From: Thermoplasmata archaeon
GTDB taxonomy: Archaea > Thermoplasmatota > Thermoplasmata > Thermoplasmatales > ARK-15
Length of the DNA: 64,000 nt
Direction: 5' to 3'
NCBI GenBank assembly: GCA_039794005.1
Contig: JBAMMA010000006.1
Location: forward strand, 32,001-96,000
Positions 1 through 9,716 of the stretch are shown piece by piece; position 1 is the stretch's first letter; each line of letters begins with the position of its first letter. A model generated the notes under the pieces. It saw nothing but the letters and a program-made list of their open reading frames with translations. It had not been told where the DNA came from and did no database searches. Both the position numbers and the translations under genes were made by a program.

Positions 1-538
1 CGTCTACAATTACGTACTTTACGTTCATTAGTTTCTCCCTCATCTTTGTTGATGAGAGCATCAAACCAAAAGATTCTGGAGTGGTAATAATTATATGCGG
101 TGGAAGTTTTGTCATCTTGCTTCTCTGGGATTGACTTGTATCACCAGACCTGACCATATGCCTTATTTTTGGTATCTTGATTCCTCTTGATTCCGCCAAC
201 TTTTCAATTTCCTCCAAGGGTTCCGTTAAATTTCTATGTATATCATTTGCCAATGCTTTTAGGGGGGATATATAAACACAGAAAACCTTATCCTCAAGTT
301 TATTTTCCTTTGCAAGCAAAAATAGTTCATTTATGATCGATAAAAATGCAGTTAGCGTTTTTCCAGAACCTGTAGGAGCCGAAACAAGAACATTTTTTCC
401 AGAATGTATATATGGGATGGCATATTCTTGAGGTTCTGTCATCTTTTCAAACTTGGAATTAAACCACTCCCTTATTATTGGATCAAAAAGCTCGAGAACC
501 TTTTCTTTATCGGTCTTTTTTTCTATTCTGTATATCAT
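1..538 (-). CDS. lhr: ATP-dependent Lhr-family helicase, N-terminal part (runs off window start)
   Basis: Not in the ORF track. Manual translation from ATG 538: MIYRIEKK...[32 protein letters not shown]...[12 protein letters not shown]...[10 protein letters not shown]...[11 protein letters not shown]...YVIVD(E), i.e. Q motif, Walker A, motifs Ia/Ib and start of the DExH box typical of Lhr. Confidence 0.9.
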   Translation of the reverse strand, partial: MIYRIEKKTDKEKVLELFDPIIREWFNSKFEKMTEPQEYAIPYIHSGKNVLVSAPTGSGKTLTAFLSIINELFLLAKENKLEDKVFCVYISPLKALANDIHRNLTEPLEEIEKLAESRGIKIPKIRHMVRSGDTSQSQRSKMTKLPPHIIITTPESFGLMLSSTKMREKLMNVKYVIVD

Positions 539-639
539 ATTCAGGTACCTTTTCCCCTTATGGAATTGTTAATTATAAAAATGAAAGGTATATAAAAGTA
601 TCTCACAACATTTTTTTATTAAAAATAAGATATTCCCCT

Positions 640-1155
640 ATGGATCTTGCAAATATGATCATAGAGTCTGGTGCAATAATGTTTGGTGATTTCACACTAA
701 CAAGTGGAAAAAAGAGTAACTATTACATCAATATCAAAAAGGCCATAACAAAACCTGAAATTTTAAAAGAGATCGCAATTGAGATGTCTAAGAAAATTAA
801 AGATGAATACATTGTGGGAATTGAATTGGGGAGTGTTCCTATCGCAGTTGCAGTTTCATTGGAAATTATGAGGGAATATGTTATAGTTAGAAAGGAACAA
901 AAATCACATGGAACAGGATCTTTGATTGAGGGAGAAATAAAGAAAAATTCCAAATATGTTGTTATAGAGGATGTAATAACTACAGGTTCATCCGTATTGA
1001 GGGCCGTAAATGCAATAAGAGGTGAGGGAGGTATTGTTGAAAGAGTAATTTGCGTCGTTGACAGGGAAGAAGGGGGAGAAGAGAATCTGAAAAATTACAA
1101 TGTAAAATTGGACCCTTTATTAAAGGTATCTGAAATATTGAAAAGAAAATTTTAA
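640..1155 (+). CDS. pyrE: Orotate phosphoribosyltransferase
   Basis: FGDFTLTSGKKSNYY, RKEQKSHG and PRPP-binding VIEDVITTGSS. Start moved to ATG 640 because the longer ORF overlaps lhr. Confidence 0.93.
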   Translation: MDLANMIIESGAIMFGDFTLTSGKKSNYYINIKKAITKPEILKEIAIEMSKKIKDEYIVGIELGSVPIAVAVSLEIMREYVIVRKEQKSHGTGSLIEGEIKKNSKYVVIEDVITTGSSVLRAVNAIRGEGGIVERVICVVDREEGGEENLKNYNVKLDPLLKVSEILKRKF

Positions 1156-1180
1156 ATAAAATCTTATAAATTTTTAATCC

Positions 1181-3460
1181 ATGATTAAAAAAATATTGGC
1201 TATTTTTATAATTATTGTTTTGATCTTAACCATACCCATGAATTTTTCAAAGTCTTCCAATCCTTATTGTAATAAAGAAACGGTCACTTTTTACATTCAA
1301 AATTTAACAAATTCAGTAAATGTAAACAATGTTACCACCACATATACATTCAATACTTTAAAAGGTGTAAGGGGTACAATTGATCATTCTGTTCATTATA
1401 TAATTGAGGACTGGTATTTATATCCACTACTGGCTGGAAATTTCTATATTTTTAATGGAACCTTTTGGATATATATTAGATTTAATGGAACGGATAACAA
1501 TCCAAATTTATATTTGACTTTATACGAAAGGTCTCCCTCCGGCCAGGAAACACAAATAGCAAGAGGGTCTTCTCATCCAATACTTGCAACCTCAATAGAA
1601 TCTTATTCAGTAAGTTTTAACACCACAGGGGTTGAGATTCCCTCTGGATATTCTTTGCATATTCATTTTGAGCTAGCCGGTGGTACTTCAACAATTTATT
1701 GGGTATACTATGGTAATTCTACGTATGCATCTGGAATGAATATAATTACAAATACCTCAATGTATATAAGCTCCGTTGAAACTTTAAATTATTTAAATCA
1801 GCCAGTCAAAGGATTTAGTCCAAATTCAACAAACAAACAAATAACGTTTTTAGCATACATAAACGATCCTCTGGGGGGATATGACATAAGAAATGTTTCA
1901 TTAAACATAAACGGAATTTCTTATATAATGATTAAAATTTCTGGAACAGAGGATTCATATACAAATATATATGAATTGCAATTAAACTATACCGGCTGGC
2001 AAACGGGAAATTATACTTATACCGTCTATGCACTTGACTATTCGGGTTTTTATTATTACCAAAATTATTACAAATATTTATGCTATCTAAGGTCATACGA
2101 ATCATATTTTTGGATCGGATTCCCATTAAAGATAGATATCACATTATACACATCATCAGGAATTCCAGTTTCAAATGCTTACGTTGGATTGCGGGTAAAT
2201 AATACTGTATACGGAAATTACACTATAAATGGGAAAACCTTAATATATGCATATGCTGGCACATATAATATTTTCATTGTTTATGACAATTATACTCTGC
2301 CTCCTGTAATGAAGACAATAATGAATGGAAAGGTATATGGAAATGTAATTAGTATTTCAAATTCAACAAACATAACGATATTTTCAGACATTGGAAATTC
2401 ATCCATAGAAATTCTGACATCAAACGGAATTCCAATTTACAATGCCCTGGTTTACATTCAATATCCCAATGAAAAGACTTTTATTTATCAAACTCCAAAA
2501 AATGGAACGTTAACATTTTATAACGTTGGTGGAGGAATTTATAAGGTTGTTGTGTATTATCAGGGAGTTGAAGTGTACAATTCTACGGTGAATTTTGTAT
2601 TTAATACAAGCAGTCCTTCTATTTTATTGAAAATATTTACGAAGGTATACAACGTAGAAATAATAGCTGGAAGCTATGCAGGAATAAACATTTCAAATGT
2701 TATGATTTTCATTAAGAATGTTTATGGATCTGAAAACATTAATACTACGAATTCTTCTGGAATTTCAACATTTGAATTACCTTATGGAAATTATCAATAT
2801 GAAATGGAATATATGAATACAATAGTTTCAGAAGGCAGTTTCAATGTAAGTAATAATGAATCTTTATATATTAAAACAGAAATATTCAAAGTGAATATAA
2901 AAATAGTGGATTCCCTTGGGAATACATTGAATTATTCTTACGTGGAACTAATTGGAAATGGTAACACATTAACCACAATTTCAAATGGAACTTTATCATA
3001 TATAATACCAATTGGAAATTATACAATAAATGTCTATTGGGATAACAAAGACGTGAATTCAACAAACATTTTTGTTTATGGAAATGAGAATATAACTATA
3101 AATAGCAGGGTATATTATTTGACGGTAAATGTCTATGATTCAAATAACATTCCCCTGAATTCATCATTTGTCATAGTTGAGAATAATCAAACGGTTGTTG
3201 CATTCTCATACAAGCCAATAAACACATTTAAGCTACCTTACGGTAATTATAGGATTTACGTTATTTATAAAGATACTTACTATTGGACAGATATAAATTT
3301 AATAAAGGAATACAACGTCACATTGAACAGTAATTATTTAATAAATGCAAAACTTCCATTCCCAATACCTTTTTATGAAACAGTTCTGTTCATTTTTGTT
3401 GTTATATTCTTAATTGCAATTGCACTGACTTTCATAATCACAAGAAAGATATTCAAATGA
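1181..3460 (+). CDS. Secreted, C-terminally membrane-anchored surface glycoprotein with repeated beta-sandwich (carboxypeptidase-regulatory/prealbumin-like) modules
   Basis: N-terminal signal peptide, C-terminal TM helix with basic tail (TRKIFK), repeated 'G.P(I/V).NA.V...G.Y...V.Y' modules and many N-x-S/T sequons. Confidence 0.7.
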   Translation: MIKKILAIFIIIVLILTIPMNFSKSSNPYCNKETVTFYIQNLTNSVNVNNVTTTYTFNTLKGVRGTIDHSVHYIIEDWYLYPLLAGNFYIFNGTFWIYIRFNGTDNNPNLYLTLYERSPSGQETQIARGSSHPILATSIESYSVSFNTTGVEIPSGYSLHIHFELAGGTSTIYWVYYGNSTYASGMNIITNTSMYISSVETLNYLNQPVKGFSPNSTNKQITFLAYINDPLGGYDIRNVSLNINGISYIMIKISGTEDSYTNIYELQLNYTGWQTGNYTYTVYALDYSGFYYYQNYYKYLCYLRSYESYFWIGFPLKIDITLYTSSGIPVSNAYVGLRVNNTVYGNYTINGKTLIYAYAGTYNIFIVYDNYTLPPVMKTIMNGKVYGNVISISNSTNITIFSDIGNSSIEILTSNGIPIYNALVYIQYPNEKTFIYQTPKNGTLTFYNVGGGIYKVVVYYQGVEVYNSTVNFVFNTSSPSILLKIFTKVYNVEIIAGSYAGINISNVMIFIKNVYGSENINTTNSSGISTFELPYGNYQYEMEYMNTIVSEGSFNVSNNESLYIKTEIFKVNIKIVDSLGNTLNYSYVELIGNGNTLTTISNGTLSYIIPIGNYTINVYWDNKDVNSTNIFVYGNENITINSRVYYLTVNVYDSNNIPLNSSFVIVENNQTVVAFSYKPINTFKLPYGNYRIYVIYKDTYYWTDINLIKEYNVTLNSNYLINAKLPFPIPFYETVLFIFVVIFLIAIALTFIITRKIFK

Positions 3461-3461
3461 T

Positions 3462-4022
3462 TTACCAGGGTACATCCTTTTTTCCAATTTTATATCCTAT
3501 TATATTTACAAGTCTATGCAATACGATGGTAATGATGATCAAAAATATTATAGAATAAATATTCCAGATGTATTTTAAAAATAGAGTGCTATTGAAAATA
3601 TAAAAAAATATTAAAGAGCATATTATAAAAGGATATTGATCCAGGAACAACGCCTCTGATCCGCTTGGGAAATTCATCCTCCTCTTTATAAACGATCCGC
3701 AAGAATCACCTAGCATAGAAGAAAAAGATAGAAAAAACACTATTATAATGGCATACAAAAATGAATTTGAAAATTCTGGAATGTACGGACTATTTACAAA
3801 AGTTGATATCGTTTCTTCAACAATTCCAAAAAATGTTCCTGATAATGTTCCCCCAATGAATCCTTTCCATGTTTTACCTTTCCCCAATATTCTCCTACCA
3901 TCTATGAAATTTTTATTAAAATCCATTGGCAATTTCCCTTTGAATATGACAGCAGATGGATTTGCTATGTATGATGGTATGAGTAGCCAAAATGTGCCCA
4001 CTATAACTATAAGAATATTCAT
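3462..4022 (-). CDS. carS: CDP-archaeol synthase (CDP-2,3-bis-O-geranylgeranyl-sn-glycerol synthase)
   Basis: PSYIANPSAV, DGRRILGKGKTWKG, GDSCGSFIKRR, LDQ and C-terminal KDVPW. Confidence 0.92.
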   Translation of the reverse strand: MNILIVIVGTFWLLIPSYIANPSAVIFKGKLPMDFNKNFIDGRRILGKGKTWKGFIGGTLSGTFFGIVEETISTFVNSPYIPEFSNSFLYAIIIVFFLSFSSMLGDSCGSFIKRRMNFPSGSEALFLDQYPFIICSLIFFYIFNSTLFLKYIWNIYSIIFLIIITIVLHRLVNIIGYKIGKKDVPW

Positions 4023-4702
4023 TATATAATCAAATCCGATTCCAAAATTTTATTTAATATTTCAGCAGTACCATCCGAATATAATTTTTCCGAATGGAAC
4101 TTTGATCTGGACCTCAATTTTGGAACAGAATTGCCAATGGTTGCACCGTTTTCGGTAATCTCAAACATATCATAATCATTTTCGCCATCTCCAAAAACCA
4201 TTAATTCCGATGGTTGAACTTTAAAGAAATCCAGTGCATATTTCAAAGCATTCCCTTTATTCACATTTTTGACCAGTACCATTATCCTGTCAATATTGCT
4301 AACGATGTCAATTTTATCCATATATGGTTCTAAAATCTTTGAACATTTCATGGATTCTTCTATCGGTATTGATATTAATAGTTCACCTTTAATAAATGGA
4401 ATGTGATTTTCTTTTAGCAGTTCCATTAATTCCTTTGCCAAATTTTCCTGCCATTTTTCGAATAATTTTATCCTTAAATTTTTTGATGATATATATATGA
4501 AATATCCATTTTCATAGATTATGAAATCAACATTGGATTTCATATGCTCTATATGCATCCATCTTCTTCCAGTAACAATCCCTATTATAGCGTTTTTCTG
4601 CTTTAACTCTTTTAATAGAGGAATTATTCTGTAGTCAAAGGTCAATGAAGAAGTTGTTAAAACTCTATCGTAGTCAAAAGCAAACATTTTTAATTTTGAC
4701 AT
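4022..4702 (-). CDS. HAD-superfamily subfamily IIB hydrolase (phosphoglycolate phosphatase-like)
   Basis: DYDRVLT motif I, VTGR, ENG, NKG and GDGENDYDM motif IV. Confidence 0.85.
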   Translation of the reverse strand: MSKLKMFAFDYDRVLTTSSLTFDYRIIPLLKELKQKNAIIGIVTGRRWMHIEHMKSNVDFIIYENGYFIYISSKNLRIKLFEKWQENLAKELMELLKENHIPFIKGELLISIPIEESMKCSKILEPYMDKIDIVSNIDRIMVLVKNVNKGNALKYALDFFKVQPSELMVFGDGENDYDMFEITENGATIGNSVPKLRSRSKFHSEKLYSDGTAEILNKILESDLII

Positions 4703-4802
4703 CAATTTTGATATTGTTTAATAGATAAAAAATTTTTTTCAGAAATTTGATTGAATTAAAAATAGAAAAAAATATATTTTTAATTAAAATAACCACATTA
4801 TA

Positions 4803-4876
4803 GGGCCCGTGGTCTAGCTGGTTATGACGGTGCCCTTACACGGCGCAGGTCACCGGTTCGAATCCGGTCGGGCCCA
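4803..4876 (+). tRNA. tRNA-Val (anticodon TAC), no intron, CCA not encoded
   Basis: Acceptor GGGCCCG/CGGGCCC, anticodon arm GTGCC-CTTACAC-GGCGC, T arm ACCGG-TTCGAAT-CCGGT. Confidence 0.97.
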
Positions 4877-5555
4877 TTAACACATAGGTAATAATAACGA
4901 AAAAATTTGATTTTTAAAAAATAAATATGAAAATTAACACTTTTTAATTAGTCAAAGATTCATTATAACCTTTATTATAATTTCAATATAATTTTAACAA
5001 TCTTGATATAGAAATTAAATGTTTAAACATTCTTTACATCTTTTTTAACCCGATACAGAGAATCTTGTGATATAAACTTATACCTGAAACATTCTTAAGT
5101 CTAAATGAAAAAATCAATGAATTCCTTACTCTTAAATATTTCATGATCCTTTATATATTTTAAATAATCCTCCTCATTTATATTGATTCTCATACTTATA
5201 TCAAGGTTCTTGGATTACTGCCGATGTATCTGATTCGCTCAAATATTACATGTTTCCTAGCATATATATTGATGTAATCGATCTAGTTATCCTTATTCCT
5301 AAATTGTTAAGATATCGTAAAATATATTATTTTGTGAATTTTTGAATCCAAAAGAAATGCGTGAAATTTGATTTAGATATTTTCAACCATAAAAGAGAAT
5401 ATTTTAGGAAAATAATTGTTTAAAAAGAAGGTACGAAAAATTGGAGGAGGTTAAAAAACTATATTTAATGTTTATTTGAGAATTTTAGGATTTTTTCGAA
5501 TTGAAAAATATGTATCCATAAAAATTAATTTCCACGCTTAAAGGGGATTATTAAT

Positions 5556-5729
5556 ATGAAGGGATATATATACTTGCCTGGTAAGGAATAGATAATATTT
5601 GATATTAAAAAGGGCAAATGTGAAAAAATTCTAACAAAATTTTAAATAATGGAATATCATAAATTTTCATTGAAAAAATTGATAAATATATTTTAATTTA
5701 AAAAAGCATATGAGGTGTATTTAAGATGA
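5556..5729 (+). pseudogene. Small gene interrupted by three in-frame stops
   Basis: AGGGG RBS-like sequence then ATG 5556. The frame continues through TAG/TAA/TAA and ends in a TGA overlapping the next ATG (ATGA at 5726-5729). Confidence 0.4.
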
Positions 5730-5929
5730 ATCTATATGAATATATTAATAACTTATTTTCCTTGTTATACCTGCAGAATTTAATAAATAAAAATGGGAAC
5801 ATTAAAATAGTAAAGATAAATGCTATTTTAAACGAAAAATCAATTCTTACTTTTCAACCAAATGATGATATAAAGTATCCTTTAACAGCCTCTTTTAAAG
5901 TTGGTGATTCTTTGATAAAAGAGAAATAA
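5726..5929 (+). CDS. Small hypothetical protein (67 aa)
   Basis: GAGGTG RBS upstream; TAATG coupling to the next ORF. Confidence 0.5.
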   Translation: MNLYEYINNLFSLLYLQNLINKNGNIKIVKINAILNEKSILTFQPNDDIKYPLTASFKVGDSLIKEK

Positions 5930-6123
5930 TGAATATAAAAAAAGAAATAGAAAAGCATGTTAAAGGGGATTTTTATAATTTGTATAAAAGATATCCTACT
6001 GAAAATGAACTTGAAACATTCATATCTGAAAATATAACATTCGTTATAAAATTTTATCCGGATGAAATTTATCTAATTCCAATTTATAAAAATATTAATA
6101 GAGTGAAAATAAATTTTGGTTAA
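5929..6123 (+). CDS. Small hypothetical protein (64 aa)
   Basis: Translationally coupled to the upstream ORF (TAATG). Confidence 0.5.
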   Translation: MNIKKEIEKHVKGDFYNLYKRYPTENELETFISENITFVIKFYPDEIYLIPIYKNINRVKINFG

Positions 6124-6134
6124 AGGTGTTGAAC

Positions 6135-6233
6135 ATGATAGATAGCAACTTTGATAGAGAGATCCTTCCAGAAAAGATAAATGACCTTTTTGATACATTA
6201 AAAGATTTAAAAAATTTATTTGTATTATTATAA
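6135..6233 (+). pseudogene. Short ORF, probably truncated (32 aa, MIDSNFDREILPEK...)
   Basis: AAGGTG RBS just after the previous stop, then ATG 6135 and an early TAA. Confidence 0.3.
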
Positions 6234-6772
6234 ATATTTTCTTTAATATATCATCTTAAATTAACTGAACTTTCGTATATTCACCATTTATTTCATAATG
6301 AAACTGAATAAGCAACTGGATAAAACAATCTGTAATGCGATGAGAGATATGATATGTGAAATTCAGATAGAATTTGAACTTCCTTTTATCATATTTTATT
6401 TGAAGCTATCTTCCATTTATTTTCCTTTTAAGCTTATATGTTTTCAATGCTTATGATTCCTGATATTTTTCTGTCTTAAAAAACGATGATGGAATTGCAA
6501 ATATTCTTTCATTTAACTATTTACATTTCTCTTATTGAGATTATTTTTGTTGAATATTTTTTAAAATTATAGTAAAGATAATCCATATTGGTTATTTAAA
6601 CTGCTTTATCTTTTCAATGAGCGTTATTTATTACTCTCAAGAATTTATTTATATATTTACATTGAAAAATGTTCATGTATCTATTCCCCGAAGGTTGCAG
6701 TATAAAGATTTTCATAAATCGTTAACATTGCCATAGAAATGTATATTATTATTATGCTCATTTAAGCATAAT

Positions 6773-7948
6773 ATGAATCTGAAAATTTTATCTGTGGTAA
6801 TGTTTGTTGTGGGAATATTATTGGGCTTAGGGATAGGCTATTCAATCATGAATTTACAAAATACAACAGTTACTAAAAATCAGGGTATTTCAGTTATAGC
6901 GGCAGGATCTCTGGGTTATGCCTTCAACGAAATTGCACAAAACTGGTCTTCCCTTTATCCTGGCATACCGATTACACCTGGAGGCGGCATATTCATGGGA
7001 AGTGTAAAAGCTGCTTACGAAATAGCAGTTTTACACGAACATTACGACATTTTTGCATCTGCTGCTTCTGATGTAATTCCTATGGTCTTATATCCAAAAT
7101 ATGCACAATGGATGGTCCTCTTTGCAACAAATGAAATTTCAATATTATATGCACCAAATTCGAATGCAACTGTTGATTTAAATGGTACCATAATGAAGGT
7201 TGACCAAATAAACGAAACGAACTGGTTTATGTTCATAACGGCACCTGGAGTTACAGTTGGAGTGAGCAATGGATCAACAGACCCCGCTGGATTTCAGGCC
7301 ATACAGGCAATGAAGCTAGCCGGAATATATTTGGTTGAAAATGATAACAAAGCTTATAATGAATGGTTCCATGGCGTTTTGGGATATCCATTAAATGACA
7401 CAAACGCGATTTTTGAAGCCATATGGTGGCATAAGTACAAAACAGGACATCTTATGCCAGTGGGTATTGAAGCAAGTATGGATGCAATGATTAAGACTGG
7501 AAAACCATACTTTGGAATATCTTATAGAAGTCTTGCAAAATCTTACGGCCTAGGATATGTGGAATTACCATGGCAGATTAATTTAGGTTCAACAAATATA
7601 ACGGCAATTAATTATTATGCACAGGTTAATAGCAGCGGTGCCCCGATAGGTCTATCAGGAACACCATCTGAAGCATCTGCCCCTGCTGGACCAATATTTT
7701 ATGCTGTCACAATACCATCTACAGCAACCAACGTTATGCTTGCAATAGATTATTTGACGATATTATTAGGACCCATTGGCCATCAAGTTTTGATAAACAC
7801 ATATTTCGATCCATTACCTTCCCCCTACCTGGTATTATTGGGAAACAATGCCACATTCCCATCTGTTTTGTTGCCTTATGTACAACCGCTTCCAGAATAC
7901 CTCCAATCCGGTCCCGGGTACATTGCCGTTATGGGTACTCAATCGTGA
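6773..7948 (+). CDS. wtpA: Tungstate/molybdate ABC transporter substrate-binding protein (WtpA/ModA family)
   Basis: N-terminal anchor, AAGSL, GSV, DIFASAA, FATNEI, DPAG, Y.S.A, V.LP.QINLG and PIFYAVTIP. Confidence 0.85.
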   Translation: MNLKILSVVMFVVGILLGLGIGYSIMNLQNTTVTKNQGISVIAAGSLGYAFNEIAQNWSSLYPGIPITPGGGIFMGSVKAAYEIAVLHEHYDIFASAASDVIPMVLYPKYAQWMVLFATNEISILYAPNSNATVDLNGTIMKVDQINETNWFMFITAPGVTVGVSNGSTDPAGFQAIQAMKLAGIYLVENDNKAYNEWFHGVLGYPLNDTNAIFEAIWWHKYKTGHLMPVGIEASMDAMIKTGKPYFGISYRSLAKSYGLGYVELPWQINLGSTNITAINYYAQVNSSGAPIGLSGTPSEASAPAGPIFYAVTIPSTATNVMLAIDYLTILLGPIGHQVLINTYFDPLPSPYLVLLGNNATFPSVLLPYVQPLPEYLQSGPGYIAVMGTQS

Positions 7949-8901
7949 ATAATTACAAATCTTTTAATTTTTATTTTTAATTTATTTTTATTTATTTCTG
8001 GGAAATTATTTGTTTTTATTATCAGATCACTATTACCCAATCTAGCATTTATTTTATAAAGATTGTATTCGTTTATTATACTTTTTATCTCTATTTCAAT
8101 TCCATCTTCGGATATTTCTATCTCATCAGATTTAAAGGCAACCTTTTTATCTCTTTCGATTCCTAGATATTCATTTAAGGCATTTTCTAAAATTATGTTA
8201 TCAAATCCCAGAAATGATGCCACAAATTCAGAGCCAGGATTATTTTCAATATCTTTAAATTTACCTACCTGAATCAATTTTCCGGAATTTATTATTCCTA
8301 TTCTATCCGACAATAACCTTGCCTCCTCCAATGAATGGGTAACATGAAGCGCTGTAAATTTCATATCTTCATGCAGTTTCTTTAATTCCTCTAGAAACAT
8401 TTCCCTTGTTTTTGGATCGAGACTTACCAATGGTTCATCTAACAAAAGAATGGAAGGATTAATGGCCAATGCCCTTGCCAATGATACCTTTTGCTTTTCA
8501 CCACCGCTCAACTGATATGGATATTTATCAAGAATATTTTCAATTTTTAATTTCTCGATTATATGTTCCACATTTTTATATGCATCATTTTTTGGAACCT
8601 TTCTTATTCTTAGTCCAAATGTTATGTTATCAATCACTTTCATATGATCAAAGAGGGAATAATCCTGGGTTACATAACCGATATTTCTTTTTTCGGGGGG
8701 CAATCTTGTTACATCCCTGTTGTTAATTATTATTCTGCCTGAATCTGGTACGACTATGCCTGTGATTATTTCCAATAACAATGTCTTTCCACTACCTATT
8801 GGACCTAATAGCACGAAATATTCAGATTTATTAATTTTTATATTTATATTTTCAAGATGAAATGATTTTAAATTCAATGATACATTTTCAATTTCTATCA
8901 T
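7939..8901 (-). CDS. wtpC: Tungstate/molybdate ABC transporter ATP-binding protein
   Basis: GPIGSGKT, LPPEKRNIGYV, LSGGEKQ, LLLDEP, HVTH and a C-terminal TOBE-like region. Confidence 0.85.
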   Translation of the reverse strand: MIEIENVSLNLKSFHLENINIKINKSEYFVLLGPIGSGKTLLLEIITGIVVPDSGRIIINNRDVTRLPPEKRNIGYVTQDYSLFDHMKVIDNITFGLRIRKVPKNDAYKNVEHIIEKLKIENILDKYPYQLSGGEKQKVSLARALAINPSILLLDEPLVSLDPKTREMFLEELKKLHEDMKFTALHVTHSLEEARLLSDRIGIINSGKLIQVGKFKDIENNPGSEFVASFLGFDNIILENALNEYLGIERDKKVAFKSDEIEISEDGIEIEIKSIINEYNLYKINARLGNSDLIIKTNNFPEINKNKLKIKIKRFVIIHD

Positions 8902-9716
8902 GTTCTAAGCCTCGGAACATAAAACAGTCTTTCCTGTCCCTGTATTATCTTTAAAATTATAAATATTGTAAGAGATATAATTATCAATAGAGATGATATA
9001 CCTACTGCACCCTCGAGTCCTGTAACTTCAAATTGGTTGTATACTTCAACTCCCGCAATGCTCTCATATCCGGGAATTATATATGGTGCAACTATCAATA
9101 TCGCACCTACTTCGCTAACTGCCCTTGACCAGCTCAATATTGCACCTGTTAAAATGCTCCTTGCCGTTTGAGGTAAAACAATTCTAAATATTACTTGTAA
9201 CTGCGAGGCCCCAAGGGTTCTTGCAACTATTTCCATCCTTGGTGGCAGAGATTTTATTGCCTCTTCCATGGTTTTTATGGCATATGTTCCGCTGACAAAA
9301 ATGTATGCCATAACAACTGCGAGAATATTATAACCAAAGGATATACCAAAATAATTAAACAGAATCCCTCCCGGTTCTGATGCAGCAAATACGAAGAGCA
9401 ATCCTATACCGACTACACTGTGTGGTATCATTATCGGTATTTCAACTATTGCATCTAATATCTTTTTCCCCGGAAAACTGAACCTTGATAGAAGGTATGC
9501 AAGAGGAAATCCGAAGAATATTATTATTATTGTTGATATTGTGGCGGCGTAAAGTGTAATTTCAACTGAGTTAATATTCTGTGGTGTTAATAATTGAGTA
9601 AATATTGATGATGGTGAAATTAGGGATAGAATCCTTATTATTGGTAGCAAAATGAATAAAATGAAAATGATTGAAATGATCCAGATTGTTAACCTAAATG
9701 ATTTACTGTAACGCAT
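8898..9716 (-). CDS. wtpB: Tungstate/molybdate ABC transporter permease
   Basis: PLAYLLSR.SFPGK, PIMIPHSVVGI, EAA loop (ARTLGAS) and WSRAVSEVGA. Start ATG 9716 follows an AAGGGG RBS. Confidence 0.85.
   Translation of the reverse strand: MRYSKSFRLTIWIISIIFILFILLPIIRILSLISPSSIFTQLLTPQNINSVEITLYAATISTIIIIFFGFPLAYLLSRFSFPGKKILDAIVEIPIMIPHSVVGIGLLFVFAASEPGGILFNYFGISFGYNILAVVMAYIFVSGTYAIKTMEEAIKSLPPRMEIVARTLGASQLQVIFRIVLPQTARSILTGAILSWSRAVSEVGAILIVAPYIIPGYESIAGVEVYNQFEVTGLEGAVGISSLLIIISLTIFIILKIIQGQERLFYVPRLRT

Larger units (their letters stand above)
4877..6300. mobile_element. Probable decayed integrated element (provirus/plasmid relic) at the tRNA-Val 3' end
   Basis: Very AT-rich, no long ORFs, a chain of tiny translationally coupled ORFs and a pseudogene, plus a faint integrase-like relic on the minus strand. 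No attR repeat found. Confidence 0.4.

Noticed and set aside
478-639. N-terminal extension of pyrE in the ORF track
   Set aside because: It overlaps the divergent lhr start and promoter; PyrE similarity begins at ATG 640.
5529-5548. TTTCCACGCTTAAAGGGGAT resembling an origin recognition box
   Set aside because: Single copy, lacks the GAAA core and spacing, no cdc6/orc1 nearby; the G-run is better explained as an RBS.
5556-5729. Pyrrolysine or selenocysteine read-through of in-frame stops
   Set aside because: The stops include TAA as well as TAG, and no recoding machinery is visible; decay is the simpler explanation.
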